A stretch of 64,000 nucleotides of DNA from Epithemia pelagica (Eukaryota > Protista > Bacillariophyta). The stretch lies in the NCBI GenBank assembly GCA_946965045.2, contig OX337230.1:1674001-1738000 (forward strand), given 5' to 3'. Of this stretch, positions 12,081 to 23,253 are shown in pieces. The first letter of the stretch is position 1. Every line of letters starts with the position of its first letter. The notes below the pieces were generated by a model. The model made no database searches, was not told the DNA's origin, and saw only the letters and a list, made by a program, of their open reading frames with translations. Both the position numbers and the translations under genes were made by a program.

Positions 12081-13856
12081 CTATTCCATCCACATGACAT
12101 TCCCCATGAGAAGCACGTTGCTGGTCAGTTTGCCGGAACAGGGACTAAACAAATGCATCTTATCCAAAACAATACGCTCAATGGTGCAAAACCCGGCGAC
12201 TCCCGACAAGTACAAATCCGAGGCTTTGCCCGAAGCTTCGTAGGCCTGTACGGCACTTCGATGACAGACGGCCAACAAATGATGATGGAGGGACTGTTTG
12301 GCCCGTTCCTCGTCCTCGGTCGTTTCACCCTGGTCAAATTTGCCATTTTGAACCACGGGGACCAACTGAATAGCTTCCGATGTTTGGGCCGCTGCCACAG
12401 GCAAGAGTGAGGCGGACAAGCGAACCGAAGAAAACTTGTAAATGGTTACCTCATCCAACGGAATTTGTAACAAGCATGGTGTCAGTTGCGGTACTCGTGA
12501 AGAGGGTGAAGGTCCTGTGGATTCCGTGTTGGCTCCTGTGTTGGAAAGTTTTGGACGTTCCATGAGCGCCCCATAAAAATACTGCTTGATACTTCGATTG
12601 CGCAATCGTCGGACATAGTCAGCACTGCGACTCACAACACCACCCGACCGTGGCAACTTGATGACCTTAGGAGAGAGTTGTTGTTGTTGTTGATTGTCTG
12701 GGGGTTGAGATTTGGGTGCGAGTGTCGATTTGAGCATACTATAGAGTCGATCATGTCCCAGCACCAACACTACGTCGATTCGAAGGGTTCGAATGGAATA
12801 GAGGAGTAACTCAAAGCCTTCGTCTTCGATCCATCCATTGGTATTGACAATCAAGCCCGATGCGCGGGCCACATCATCACCTGATGCCAATCGTTGATCA
12901 ATCCGCTCGGACAATTGTCCCACTTGCGCACGAAAGAGTTCGGGAGACAAGGGCAGTGTCTTGCCACCTCCTCCACTACTACTGCCACCACCACCACTCA
13001 CACTGGCTCCACCCGTACCACCACCACTGGATGCTGATCCTGTCTTTTTGGCACTGGATGCACTGCTGCGTTGTGGATCTTGTCCATGCCACAGCAACAA
13101 AGGAGACGCCGTTCCAGGCGGAACAACACCGGTCCCAGTGGCAAAGGAATCCACAGACATGCTTTGAAATGACATGGGACAGGCTCCCAAAGTGCCAGGG
13201 ACACTTATCAGACTAGCATCGTGAGGGTCCAAATCGACCAACACAGGTGTCCGACCTAATTTGCAAGCATAGGCTGTCAATATTTTGCACAAGGTGGATT
13301 TGCCACATTCGGTGGGACCGCATATCAAAACACGAGGACCATGGCCGGATTCCGCTGAGTAGCTGTTGTTTATGTTTGTATCTGCCGTATGAGAGGTCAC
13401 TCCATTGTTCGTTTGTTTGTTTGAGGCAATGGCGGCCGCCGCTTGATCTCGAAGGGCTTCCAACTGTGCATGGGTATTGACAAAGGCTACATTGCACGAG
13501 GTTTCGTCTGTGGTATAGGCAATATCGACACTGCCACCGGTACAATCGACATCAACCACACAACCATGCCAAGTAAAGAGCGCGATCTTGAATCCCCCTT
13601 CCGTCAGTACATGTGGTTTCCGCAAGGTCAATTCCAATCCCCACAATTCACAACTCCCCTGTTGCAAGGTCAAGATACAAGTCCCTTGTTTTTGAAAGGG
13701 CACTTCCAATCGCAATTCTTCTTCAGCAGCCAATTCATGTCGGGTAGCACCGCTTTCCAGAGGAGGTAATTGGTCTCCGCGACCTTCGCTGCTGCTGGAA
13801 AGCTGTTGTTGTTGGAGACTGCCTGGATCTCCCATGGTCGATGAGAAATTGGACAT
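12081..13856 (-). CDS. CLP1: Polyribonucleotide 5'-hydroxyl kinase Clp1
   Basis: EELRLEV N-domain, P-loop GPTECGKST, VDLDP, NTNGW, VIKLPRSGGVV. Start at ATG 13856 or 13835. Confidence 0.93.
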   Translation of the reverse strand: MSNFSSTMGDPGSLQQQQLSSSSEGRGDQLPPLESGATRHELAAEEELRLEVPFQKQGTCILTLQQGSCELWGLELTLRKPHVLTEGGFKIALFTWHGCVVDVDCTGGSVDIAYTTDETSCNVAFVNTHAQLEALRDQAAAAIASNKQTNNGVTSHTADTNINNSYSAESGHGPRVLICGPTECGKSTLCKILTAYACKLGRTPVLVDLDPHDASLISVPGTLGACPMSFQSMSVDSFATGTGVVPPGTASPLLLWHGQDPQRSSASSAKKTGSASSGGGTGGASVSGGGGSSSGGGGKTLPLSPELFRAQVGQLSERIDQRLASGDDVARASGLIVNTNGWIEDEGFELLLYSIRTLRIDVVLVLGHDRLYSMLKSTLAPKSQPPDNQQQQQLSPKVIKLPRSGGVVSRSADYVRRLRNRSIKQYFYGALMERPKLSNTGANTESTGPSPSSRVPQLTPCLLQIPLDEVTIYKFSSVRLSASLLPVAAAQTSEAIQLVPVVQNGKFDQGETTEDEERAKQSLHHHLLAVCHRSAVQAYEASGKASDLYLSGVAGFCTIERIVLDKMHLFSPCSGKLTSNVLLMGNVMWME

Positions 13857-14018
13857 GGGCAAGAGGAGGAAACGAGATCGCACGTCTCAAAGAGCCTCCA
13901 CGCGGAGTTGTTCACACATATCCTTATGATAAAGAGACGAGACACGAATACTCAGAATATGGGACTCATCAGGACTAGAGTGGCAGCAATTTTCGCACTC
14001 GCCCCAAAAAAGTGAACA

Positions 14019-15248
14019 ATGGCGTCGTCGTCTTCGATCGTAGCAGTTGTGGAATGGGAATCGAACCATGTGGATCCTCAAACCAGCAGAGAGAATGAAG
14101 ACAACGCCATGTTCCTGTCATCATCCTTCTCCCCGGTGGTTCGGCGTCGAAAAGTACGATTGACATGTGGGCTAGTCGATCATGTGCGTCTACAGATTGT
14201 GCAAGAAATTCGCAAGGCAGAAGAAGGGACGAATCCTTTGGAACCTCCAGAGAGTCCCAAAGACATTTTCAAAGTTTACATCTACATGGTCGATCACGGT
14301 GACTATTGTGCTCTGGATGAAATGGACGACACTCAAGATCTCACCCATCTTGTTCGTGGCACACGATGGAGAATGCAAGTTCGTCATTCACCGATACAGC
14401 AGCATCAACAGGCACCAAAGTCCGGAGAGAAGGGTAGTTTCTTAGCCATCCAAGGGAGACGCGTGTTCCTGGACGATCATGGGGATATTCAAGATAGCAG
14501 AGGCGCGATATCGTTTACTATTCCACACACCAACAACAGTTTGACCATGACTGAATCGCACAATCAACCAAACACAACGGCGTTTACCATTTGGGATGGA
14601 TCTCTCTTGTTAGCCAAATATCTTGCAGCACTATCAGCAGCAACAACAGAACTTCCATCTTCCGCAAATTCACCAATCCATGGTCGTGTCGTTTTGGAAT
14701 TGGGTGCTGGGTGTGGTCTCTGTGGACTCACCGCTGCTACTCTGGGTGCTCGAAAGGTTGTATTGACAGACTTGGAGGACGCCCTGCCTCAGTCTCAAGT
14801 AAAGCAAAATCAGCCAGTTTGGCAACCTCATTGTAGCCATGTCGACTGTCATGCCCTCGATTGGACACAGGTTCAGCCAGAAAAGGATGCAGCAGGAAAC
14901 TGCGAGGGCCATTCCAGCTCCTATTACCCTTCCTTGGACTTTGTGGATCGAGAGACATCATTGGTACTGACCGCGGATTGTGTATGGACTATGGAACTCT
15001 TACCTCCATTGCTCCAGACCATGCGTGGCTTAGTTCATATTTTGCATGAGCAACAACAACCAAGAATACAAAATGAACCTGCTCGTGAATTGACCTTTCT
15101 CATTTCCTATCAACAGAGAGGTGCAGCTACACACCGGGCCTTTCACAAGGGCCTGCGAGAAATCTTTACCACTTTTACCCCAATTGCAGTACAAGATTAT
15201 GGTATCCCCGCGAACCCCGTTCTTTTCTTGTACAAGTGTCAACCCTGA
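14019..15248 (+). CDS. METTL21/family-16-type seven-beta-strand protein lysine methyltransferase
   Basis: IWDGSLLLAKYL, VLELGAGCGLCGL, VLTD, LDW, ADCVW motifs. Confidence 0.85.
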   Translation: MASSSSIVAVVEWESNHVDPQTSRENEDNAMFLSSSFSPVVRRRKVRLTCGLVDHVRLQIVQEIRKAEEGTNPLEPPESPKDIFKVYIYMVDHGDYCALDEMDDTQDLTHLVRGTRWRMQVRHSPIQQHQQAPKSGEKGSFLAIQGRRVFLDDHGDIQDSRGAISFTIPHTNNSLTMTESHNQPNTTAFTIWDGSLLLAKYLAALSAATTELPSSANSPIHGRVVLELGAGCGLCGLTAATLGARKVVLTDLEDALPQSQVKQNQPVWQPHCSHVDCHALDWTQVQPEKDAAGNCEGHSSSYYPSLDFVDRETSLVLTADCVWTMELLPPLLQTMRGLVHILHEQQQPRIQNEPARELTFLISYQQRGAATHRAFHKGLREIFTTFTPIAVQDYGIPANPVLFLYKCQP

Positions 15249-15859
15249 ACTTACAATCCGGTTGATTGTCAAAAAGCGGGTCTTCCACGAGCGTCCCTGT
15301 AGGATGGCTGCGACAATGCACTACGAGAAGATTCAGTTTCTCCAGGATAAAGTCACCCTCCAAGACTGCAGCCAATTCCACTGCACCGGAATCGTGGATG
15401 CGAATCTTAATCTTCCACTTCGGAGGTCTTTGCCTGTCCATCTAAAGCAGACATGAACCGCACAGTTATTTGCTGCTTTTTTTTACCGTTGAGTGGCTGT
15501 TTTGCGTCCTACATACAACGATATCATGTAAAACACGCTGTGGATGATTTCTTTGGCTAATTAGTCGTTTTCACACGTTATCAAATACCCCCTCTATACT
15601 AGCCAAGATTTCAAGGATGGCACGAAGATTGGACTGTAATCATGAAGTTTACCCATTCGCCAACACTGTCGAGGACTTCAAAGAGGCAGAGTGTTCGAGT
15701 GGGTGGAGGACCACACCCGTTATGCGATTGATCGTTCCGGTGACTTCGTGTTTATAATGTCAGAAGACACTGACCCCAATCGATGCCTTCAATGATTCCT
15801 GGTACCAGCTGGAAGACTTGCAGCTCAAAAACTGCAAAATCAAGCACGAGCACCTTTGA

Positions 15860-16701
15860 TCATATCATCTGCAACAGAGGAATCATTTCAAGTTCTCTCA
15901 GACTACAAAGGTATTCTCCAAGGACAACCATGACGATGACAGCAAAGATGTGAATTATCCACCAATCAAAGGAATGAGGGAATCCTCCACTCATACATGA
16001 CAGCAAAAGATGCAAAAGGAAATAAGTTATTGTGAAATCCAAACACTTTTTGGACTTTTCCACGATTACCATCAACCCGAAGGCCCTGAATGAAAAATAG
16101 AGATCAATAGCGCAAAAAAGAGACAACGCAATGAATGTTAGACTCGTCGAATGCGGAATACCATCTTAGATGCTATGAGGTGGGCGGCCTCTTACCCCGT
16201 TAAGGCCGACAGCAGAATTACAAAGCAGTCCGCCCATCCTTCTCTTCTCCATATATGTATGTATTTATCAGTGAATATCCGGTCAACCGACGCAGGGACG
16301 TTGAGAAACAGGTAGTTCATCTGGATCAGAAGAGATTGTGTAAAATATTGGAAGCACTGAAGCGATATGATTTGCGCCGTAATTAGTTTGGGATGGAATC
16401 GTGCAAGAGCTTCGGCCTTGGCCAACTTGGACGATGCTCTCCCTGAAGGAGACGATAATCGCGAAGAAAACCCACCAGTAGCTCTTCCATTCGTAGCTGA
16501 AGCAGAGGTGGACATGGATGGTCCTCCTGCTGTCAAAAGTCCCGGGTCAAAGCCACTGCCACCACCATTCCCAACTCCTGACACACCTCCACTTGCCGCA
16601 ACCGCTGATGCCATCATTGACAACCCACTTGTGCCACTCGAAGATCCACTGACCCGTCGTTGCTCTGAAGCCGAGGCAGATGCGGAAGCTCTAGTGCTCA
16701 T
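15860..16701 (-). CDS. SYS1: SYS1 Golgi trafficking membrane protein; exons 16701-16196 and 16085-15860
   Basis: FHPKLITAQIISLQCFQY and VEKSKKCLDFTIT..GEYLCSLRELEMIP are joined in frame by the GT-AG intron 16195-16086 (110 bp). Confidence 0.88.
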
Positions 16702-16965
16702 TGTGCTCGTCTTTAGTTGTGCTGTGTCTATCGTCCTTTTGACTGGGGTTCTTGCACCGATGAAATGGGAAAAGGCGCAGTGCTTCATTCGCGGATCTAT
16801 CAGCGATCTAACAACGAGAAACCTTAATGACGTCATAATCATGATTGAAACTTTGTGGGAACGAATACCACAGATCTTGACAAATCGTATTGTTTCGATG
16901 GGAGCATTTAATCGTACCACTTATCGATCAAGACATCATTCGTAGTTGTCGTAGTCACCAGCACA

Positions 16966-18438
16966 ATGTTGCTTCGAGTTCGGTCCAATGTTGGAGTTTG
17001 GCGAGTAGAAGGATTGGATGAGGCCACGGCGACAGTGGAGGATTTGAAGCGAGGGATCGCCATGACTCGTCCTCACGTTGTCTATACGCAAGACTTCTCC
17101 GCGGACCCTGGTGGGAAACAACTGATTGATGTAAATCAGACACTCAAACAACAAGGTCTTGCACAAAACGGAACCATGGTGCATTGTCGGGTGGACCCCA
17201 GCACCTGCGTTGAGACCCTACCGTCTGGAACATCAGCGGCTGGTGTGGGCACCTCGTCCTCTTCCCTTGGTAACTCGGTGTCGGCATCAGCCACCACATC
17301 CACTACGGCACCAATGCGCCGAATCATTGACAAAGACGGTCGAATTCGTCTGGTTCATTCAACAGAAGCAACCAGTGGACCTGAAAAAGGATTTCGGAAA
17401 GGAATGATGGCTCTACGTGATATGAAAATGAATTGGACCTTGGCGGATTTTGTGGCGATGGACAGTCAATATGAATTCAAAATTCAACGACAAGAATCTG
17501 CCGTATGTCAACAAGTCTCCTTGGATGTTTCTTTGGTCAACGACTTCCAGGCATATTGCCAGAGATTCCAATTTAAGCGAAAACGAGTGGCCTTCCTTTA
17601 TGGAAAGTATGTGAATGAAGCTTCTGGCGATAAGAAAAATGAGTCTGAGGAGAGCAATGACGAGAGCAAGCCAAAAACAATTGTGGAAGCCATCTATGAG
17701 CCGCCTCAAGAAATAGACTCAACTGCAGCAGAAGGAGTTGTTCTTTTGGAGGACCCTCGCGAAGAAACCGTAGAGCAAATGGCGGAATGGCTTGGGTTGA
17801 AAAAGGTTGGGTGGATCTTTTGTCATGAACCAAGAGAAAAAGGGTATGTAATGAGCAGTGCTGAGGTTTTAATGGCAGCGGAGTATCAACTTGAGAGTGC
17901 TGAGGGTGTCAATAAAACACCCTTTGTGACAATCACAGTGACACAGGGGAAAGATGGTCTCGTGTCAGTCGAAGCCTTTCAGGTTTCCCAACAATGCATG
18001 GCCATGGTGGCAGAGGAAGCTTTGGAGGTCAATCCGGACGATCCCAAAGCTTGTGCGGTGAACGAAACTTTCACCGCAATTCAAGAAGGCAAAGAAAGCA
18101 AAACTGTTGAAAACAATTTCTTCTTGACTGTCGTTCCCATTGTTCAACACACTTCCGATGTCTTTGTTGCCGACTTTCCCAAACTGAATCGCGATTTGGA
18201 CGATCGCGTTCCCAACCACGATGCGCTGAAACGGGAACTCAGTAAGGCTGGATCAGCAGGTTGGACACTGGAAGATCGTCTGGCGGACTTGAACTTGCTT
18301 CTGTACTTGTCGGATTATCTGGACGCGGGTGATTTACCAAGAATCTGTGCTTCGATTGTGAATCGAGAAATTCCCTTAGACGATGGTTACAAACTCATTA
18401 TCAAGTCGCTTGCTGGGTTGGATGGATCTTATACATAG
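16966..18438 (+). CDS. NPL4: Nuclear protein localization protein 4 (Cdc48/p97 cofactor)
   Basis: UBL-like MLLRVRS start, FLYGKY, VEAIYEPPQ, LKKVGWIF, VSVEAFQVS motifs; no signal peptide. Confidence 0.93.
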   Translation: MLLRVRSNVGVWRVEGLDEATATVEDLKRGIAMTRPHVVYTQDFSADPGGKQLIDVNQTLKQQGLAQNGTMVHCRVDPSTCVETLPSGTSAAGVGTSSSSLGNSVSASATTSTTAPMRRIIDKDGRIRLVHSTEATSGPEKGFRKGMMALRDMKMNWTLADFVAMDSQYEFKIQRQESAVCQQVSLDVSLVNDFQAYCQRFQFKRKRVAFLYGKYVNEASGDKKNESEESNDESKPKTIVEAIYEPPQEIDSTAAEGVVLLEDPREETVEQMAEWLGLKKVGWIFCHEPREKGYVMSSAEVLMAAEYQLESAEGVNKTPFVTITVTQGKDGLVSVEAFQVSQQCMAMVAEEALEVNPDDPKACAVNETFTAIQEGKESKTVENNFFLTVVPIVQHTSDVFVADFPKLNRDLDDRVPNHDALKRELSKAGSAGWTLEDRLADLNLLLYLSDYLDAGDLPRICASIVNREIPLDDGYKLIIKSLAGLDGSYT

Positions 18439-18527
18439 TAAAAGCACATGTGCTATAAATCGCCTTTTTATCTAATATACAAAGTAAAAGCACATGTGCT
18501 ATAAATCGCCTTTTATCTAATATACAA
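18437..18527 (+). repeat. Tandem duplication of a 46/45-bp unit at the NPL4 stop
   Basis: AGTAAAAGCACATGTGCTATAAATCGCCTTTT(T)ATCTAATATACAA at 18437-18482 and 18483-18527; each copy contains the palindrome AGCACATGTGCT. Confidence 0.9.
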
Positions 18528-18958
18528 GCATCCTGCAGCATCACGGAATAGCATAGCGAGTGTAGGTTCCGATGAGAGACGCGATCGAGGAATGCCGATA
18601 ATGCAAAATGAGCCCCTTCAAGGGACAGACCAAACCTGGTCTGAATTACGCAGCACTTCACGAAAGCGAACAACGAGAGGGAAAGCCGCTGATCACCAAA
18701 TATGCTGTGCACAAAAGAAAAACGCGTGATGAGAAAGGATATGAAACCTCATCTGTCGCAATCACAACTTGTCAGGCAGGTCCTCCGTTACGTTAATGGT
18801 TCTCGGTGATAAGTGCACCGGTCTAACATTTGTGAATTTTTGAATGCCATCACTGGACCCAGTTTCAGAAAAAGTACAAGCATGGAAACGAATTCCCACT
18901 TACATCAAAGTTATGAACTCAAACAAAGAAACAAGAAGAAAAGAATCGCAGTTCAAAG

Positions 18959-19372
18959 TCAGCCATCGGAACGAGGATTGGGGCAATCACGGGCAATATG
19001 GCCTTCTTGGCCGCAATTATAACATGACTTGTTTCCAGGAGGCATTGTGCAGTCGGCGGAGATGTGCCCAAACTTTCCACAGTTGAAACATCGTCGAAAC
19101 CTGGATCGCGCCTGGTTTATCGCTTGGCGGTCGTCGCCTTCCAACCTTGCGTTCGTACAGAAACGAGCAATGTGACCCGTTTGTCCACAGTTGTAACAAG
19201 TTTGGGTGGATACGTCACTTTGTCCTCTAGGACCACGACCCCCTCCACCGCCGCGACCTCCTCGTCCTCGAAAACCCCTCCCTTGTCCTCCACTCCCGCT
19301 ATCTTCTCTGATGAAGGGTAAATTCTGGTCCTGAGCACTGCTGTCGATTTCCTCTCCAGAATCACCCGACAT
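18959..19372 (-). CDS. CNBP/Gis2-like RGG plus three CCHC zinc-knuckle nucleic-acid-binding protein
   Basis: GRGFRGRGGRGGGG box followed by CYNCGQTGHIARFC, CFNCGKFGHISADC, CYNCGQEGHIARDC. Confidence 0.9.
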   Translation of the reverse strand: MSGDSGEEIDSSAQDQNLPFIREDSGSGGQGRGFRGRGGRGGGGGRGPRGQSDVSTQTCYNCGQTGHIARFCTNARLEGDDRQAINQARSRFRRCFNCGKFGHISADCTMPPGNKSCYNCGQEGHIARDCPNPRSDG

Positions 19373-20223
19373 CGTTCACACCGGAACCAGGAAACACACT
19401 GACCACTACGGTCGATCCGAGAGCACTAGCACTATTTACCAGAATCCAAAACTGCTTCGTTGAATCCTGCAGATACAGAGATACCGAGACTCATCTAACG
19501 CGAGGGTCGCTTCATTCAATTTGTGAGCAAACCATGAACGCGAATCCGAAACTACGCAATACAATACCACAAGATCATAAATGTGGATACTCGGTTCAGT
19601 CGAAGTGTCGCAAACAAACGGATTTCTCCGCGTATTTTCGATTCATGTCATGCCTTACCCAGTTTTCAACCCGCCGTTTGTGCTTGCAAAAAGGACGATA
19701 TTGCAAGAATGAGTTATGCACTCTAAACATATGGACAGAGATGGCGTTTGAGATCTTCCAGTGCCTCTGTCGTGGAGAAAGAACAGAAACAGAGAGCACC
19801 GCAGTCTTTTTCGTGAACGCCGAAGACCGAAATTTGGCAACGTGCGACAACGTCTAATAATTATAGGCTGTGGGCATACTTCGGATGTGTCTATGTAAGT
19901 TAAATAGCGCCGGCCAGTCTTCCAACGCACTGCGTTCGCACAATTTTGGTTTATGCCGATACTCCAACTCCGTCCCCCACTCATTTATTGATTTTTCTCG
20001 GCATTATAAAAAGGAAGTCTGCTATGTCTAAATCATCAAAATCTCAACGGTCGGAATGGGTTCAGAATAGATTAATTAGACTTCAGTCGCACATCGGGTC
20101 CCTACTCCCAATTCCCGAGCAGTGGTCTGTCTGTCTCGGCGTTTTGTCTCGGCGTTCGCTCCTCAACCCTCAACCACTCAAAGCTCCAGATCCCAGAAAA
20201 ATCAGAAAGAGAAAGAGAAGACG

Positions 20224-21807
20224 ATGTCGACAAAGAAATACAAACTTCTTTCCTTTTCAGAAGACGGAACTAGAAAACCATGCGCTTTTTACCTATCGGA
20301 GGGTGGTTGTAGGAATGGCGACAAATGTAAGTTTGCTCATGTGAACGTGAAGGAGGAGGAAAAATTGGAAGAAAAGTCTGTTGTGAGTTCGGAGAGTGGG
20401 GAAGTCGAGAATCAAAAGCCCGAGAAGAGTGCAGATGACAATCCTTTCGAAGACGCAGTTCCTGAAGGAGTAGGTATGAAGCGAAAGAACAACCGGCGTG
20501 GGATGAACAGTGATACTCCCTTCCCCAACCCGAAGAAAGTAGCAAAAGAAACCCCTCCTACCGGAAAGAAAAAACAAAACCAACCCTTTTCTACTGAAGA
20601 TCGAGTGAAATCAGCATCCTCATTGCCTACCGGCAAAATTGCCGCAGGCGACTTCCGTTCGCTGAACCTCCCCATTGCTGAGTTTGCTCTGTCGTCGGCA
20701 TCTAACCACGCCAAGTCCCCCGTCGAAGCCCCCTTGAAACCTAGCTCAAGTGCTGGGAAACCCCCTTTACCTCTACCCAAGTCAACTGAAGTAGGCCGAA
20801 AGTGGCTATGGGTTGTGGAAAAATGTCAAACAAACAAAAAGTTTGAACAGGACTACAACTTTGAAAAATGCATACGAGATGATGAGCCCATCGGTGGCAA
20901 AACCGCATGGATCAAATCAAAATCATTCGGAACATGGTGCAAGGATAACCCACAGGTAATCGCGATTGACTGTGAGATGTGTGAAACCGAAGATCCTGTT
21001 TCAAAAATTCGAAACCCATCTGCCTTGTGCCGTGTGTCCATTGTTGATGCTATTACGGATGAAGTCCTGTTGAATAGCTTGGTCAAACCTGAGTGGCCCG
21101 TTGTGGACTATCGGACTTTCATCAATGGTATTTCTGAGGCGGAACTTGCGAACGTGCAGTTCACTGTTCGTCACTGTCAGGCATTTATGATGGCGTTGTG
21201 CAGCGAAGAGACTGTTATTGTTGGTCATGCAGTTCACCACGATTTGAAATCTATGCGCATGGAGCACTATTGCGTTGCCGATTCATCCTTTCTTTTTCGG
21301 TCGTCGGAAAATGAGACCGCGACTGTCTCTCTGAAGGATTTATCCTTTGGCATTTTCAAAAAGGAAATGCCGAAAACGCATGATAGCGTGAACGATGCCC
21401 GGGCAGCTTTGCGATGCGTAGAGCACTATCTGGAAAAAGACGGAAAAGTGGAACCAATTGTTCGGAGACCGAAGGATAATCGATCTGCTGCCTGTCAGCT
21501 TTTTGTTCATCGCATTCCCAACAATGTTACAGCACAACATTTGTCCGAGATGTTCCTCAACAACACAAAAGTCGTTGTTGACAAGGTGGATGACATTGAC
21601 TTCTCCAACGGAAGTACAGGAAAGACATTGGTGACTTTCCAGTCAAGTGGACATACGAACTTAGCCTTTTGGGCGTTGAAAGGAGATCCCGAGGAAGACG
21701 CCAGCGGCAGACTCCAAAAGAAGGTGTTTCTCAGGGGTGGCAAGTATATCCGAATCCGGAAGATGGTTCACGAAAAGAATCGTCGAAGTATTTCTTCCAA
21801 TACGTGA
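20224..21807 (+). CDS. DEDDh RNA exonuclease (REX1/REXO1-like) with N-terminal CCCH finger and C-terminal RRM-like domain
   Basis: CAFYLSEGGCRNGDKCKFAH; AIDCEMC, VGHAVHHDL, HDSVNDARAA; ATG at 20224. Confidence 0.88.
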   Translation: MSTKKYKLLSFSEDGTRKPCAFYLSEGGCRNGDKCKFAHVNVKEEEKLEEKSVVSSESGEVENQKPEKSADDNPFEDAVPEGVGMKRKNNRRGMNSDTPFPNPKKVAKETPPTGKKKQNQPFSTEDRVKSASSLPTGKIAAGDFRSLNLPIAEFALSSASNHAKSPVEAPLKPSSSAGKPPLPLPKSTEVGRKWLWVVEKCQTNKKFEQDYNFEKCIRDDEPIGGKTAWIKSKSFGTWCKDNPQVIAIDCEMCETEDPVSKIRNPSALCRVSIVDAITDEVLLNSLVKPEWPVVDYRTFINGISEAELANVQFTVRHCQAFMMALCSEETVIVGHAVHHDLKSMRMEHYCVADSSFLFRSSENETATVSLKDLSFGIFKKEMPKTHDSVNDARAALRCVEHYLEKDGKVEPIVRRPKDNRSAACQLFVHRIPNNVTAQHLSEMFLNNTKVVVDKVDDIDFSNGSTGKTLVTFQSSGHTNLAFWALKGDPEEDASGRLQKKVFLRGGKYIRIRKMVHEKNRRSISSNT

Positions 21808-22102
21808 GCGTGAGACGCAAGGTGACGACTCATCCCTTCAGCCCAAATCGAAGGAAGTAATCGCAGTAACACGAATGACTAATATCTCCCCTACCTGAAT
21901 CCGGAGTACGGATACCCTATGTAGGCTAGGTAGCTCTCCATTATCCTAATGGTCGCTTCTATTTCGCCGCTCGGTTGTGCCCAAGATGACGTGTCTCTCG
22001 ACACCATCAGTTTGGGGAGAAGAGACGACGATGAGGATAATGAACACTTTCCGCTTTCCGTACAAGTAAGAAGTGCTCACGGGCTGAAATATCGAGAGAT
22101 AG

Positions 22103-22759
22103 ATGTGGACTCATATTCTAGCTATTCTTCCGCTTCTTTTGGTGAAGACTCAATGCTTCGCACCAACTCAATCTTCACAGAGGTACAGCCCAACGAGTCT
22201 CTATGGAACCAACACCGCCATGTCCACACTGACAGACGAAACAACATGGACTCTTCGCATTGTCCTACGTGGCGTAGGTACGGAGAAAGGCAAGAAAGTT
22301 GACGAAATTTTCAATGTTAAGTGCAATTTCCTCGAGGAAGAAGGTTATGAGCCTCCTCAGGGAACTCTGCAGCTCGCGATCAATGAAGATAGTCGCTTTG
22401 AAATCTCAAAGAGTCGATGGCAGCTTTCAGAAGATCCAAACGACAGAAAAGACGGCCTGTGGGTGTGGGGGCTTTTCAAGGAGCCTCTCTATCCTTTCTT
22501 GTTGCTTCAGCTAGAGACGAAAGCCATCCCACTTCCTGGTGGTTCTGACGACTTCGAACGTGACGCCATCAAGCCTCTCCAGCTTTACGCACAGTTGAAT
22601 CATAAGAGAGATTCCGAACTCGGAGTGATTCTTACAGGATCTGATCTCAAAGTACGTCAAATGGAGACCGTGGACGCAGACATGTTTGGTGTGTCGAAGG
22701 TGGATTTGTACGAAGAAGTTAACATTGGGACTTTGTCTGTCCAACCGGTTACTCTGTAG
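22103..22759 (+). CDS. Hypothetical protein with bipartite plastid presequence
   Basis: MWTHILAILPLLLVKTQC-FAP signal plus F(+1) motif and Ser/Thr-rich transit; globular-looking body WQLSEDPNDRKDGLWVWGLFKEPLYPFLLL. Confidence 0.75.
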   Translation: MWTHILAILPLLLVKTQCFAPTQSSQRYSPTSLYGTNTAMSTLTDETTWTLRIVLRGVGTEKGKKVDEIFNVKCNFLEEEGYEPPQGTLQLAINEDSRFEISKSRWQLSEDPNDRKDGLWVWGLFKEPLYPFLLLQLETKAIPLPGGSDDFERDAIKPLQLYAQLNHKRDSELGVILTGSDLKVRQMETVDADMFGVSKVDLYEEVNIGTLSVQPVTL

Positions 22760-22854
22760 GCCATTCGTGGTTCAATTTGCAAGTTTCCGAAACACGCAAT
22801 AACGCATCACAAAGTACCGAGTTAGCTATTATGTGACTACTTTTGCTCCCTTCT

Positions 22855-23253
22855 CTATAGGTCATCGTCGTCATCTTCTTCATCGGAATCAAATGCATAC
22901 TTTTTCCTTTGGATACTGATGGATCCACTGTTCCGAGCTTCTTTGGCGCTCCCTCTTTCCAACATTTCAATGAGTTTCCCCTCGTTAATCTTCCCACTAA
23001 CTTTGCCCGACATTGCCATTGATATAATGCCATTCTCAACCGCTTCAGCTTTCTTGCCCTTAACGAGTTTGATTCTATTCAACCGAGCCAAGGCATCTGC
23101 CGTTAAAACTTGCTGCAAGATACCTTGGCGTTGCTCCTCAATCTGTTCTTTCTGGGTCGCGGCATTGTCTTTGGTTCCTCCGTTTGGGTCGTGAGCTTTG
23201 AAGCCCTCTGGCAGGTCCTTGGGATTTATTTGAGCTGCTTCTACATTCTCCAT
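22855..23253 (-). CDS. PDCD5: Programmed cell death protein 5 (dsDNA-binding)
   Basis: ILQQVLTADALARLNRIKLVK, KINEGKLIEMLE, IQRKK..FDSDEEDD. Confidence 0.93.
   Translation of the reverse strand: MENVEAAQINPKDLPEGFKAHDPNGGTKDNAATQKEQIEEQRQGILQQVLTADALARLNRIKLVKGKKAEAVENGIISMAMSGKVSGKINEGKLIEMLERGSAKEARNSGSISIQRKKYAFDSDEEDDDDDL

Noticed and set aside
15250-15860. LRR-like fragments (IHDSGAVELAAVLEGDFILEKLNL on minus; LEDLQLKNCKI on plus)
   Set aside because: Short, on opposite strands and broken by stops; at most a relic and not supportable as a gene.
16367-16945. 192-aa plus-strand ORF and similar long shadow ORFs (e.g. 25590-26237, 51610-52419)
   Set aside because: They are antisense or alternate-frame to well-supported genes and show no independent domain signal.
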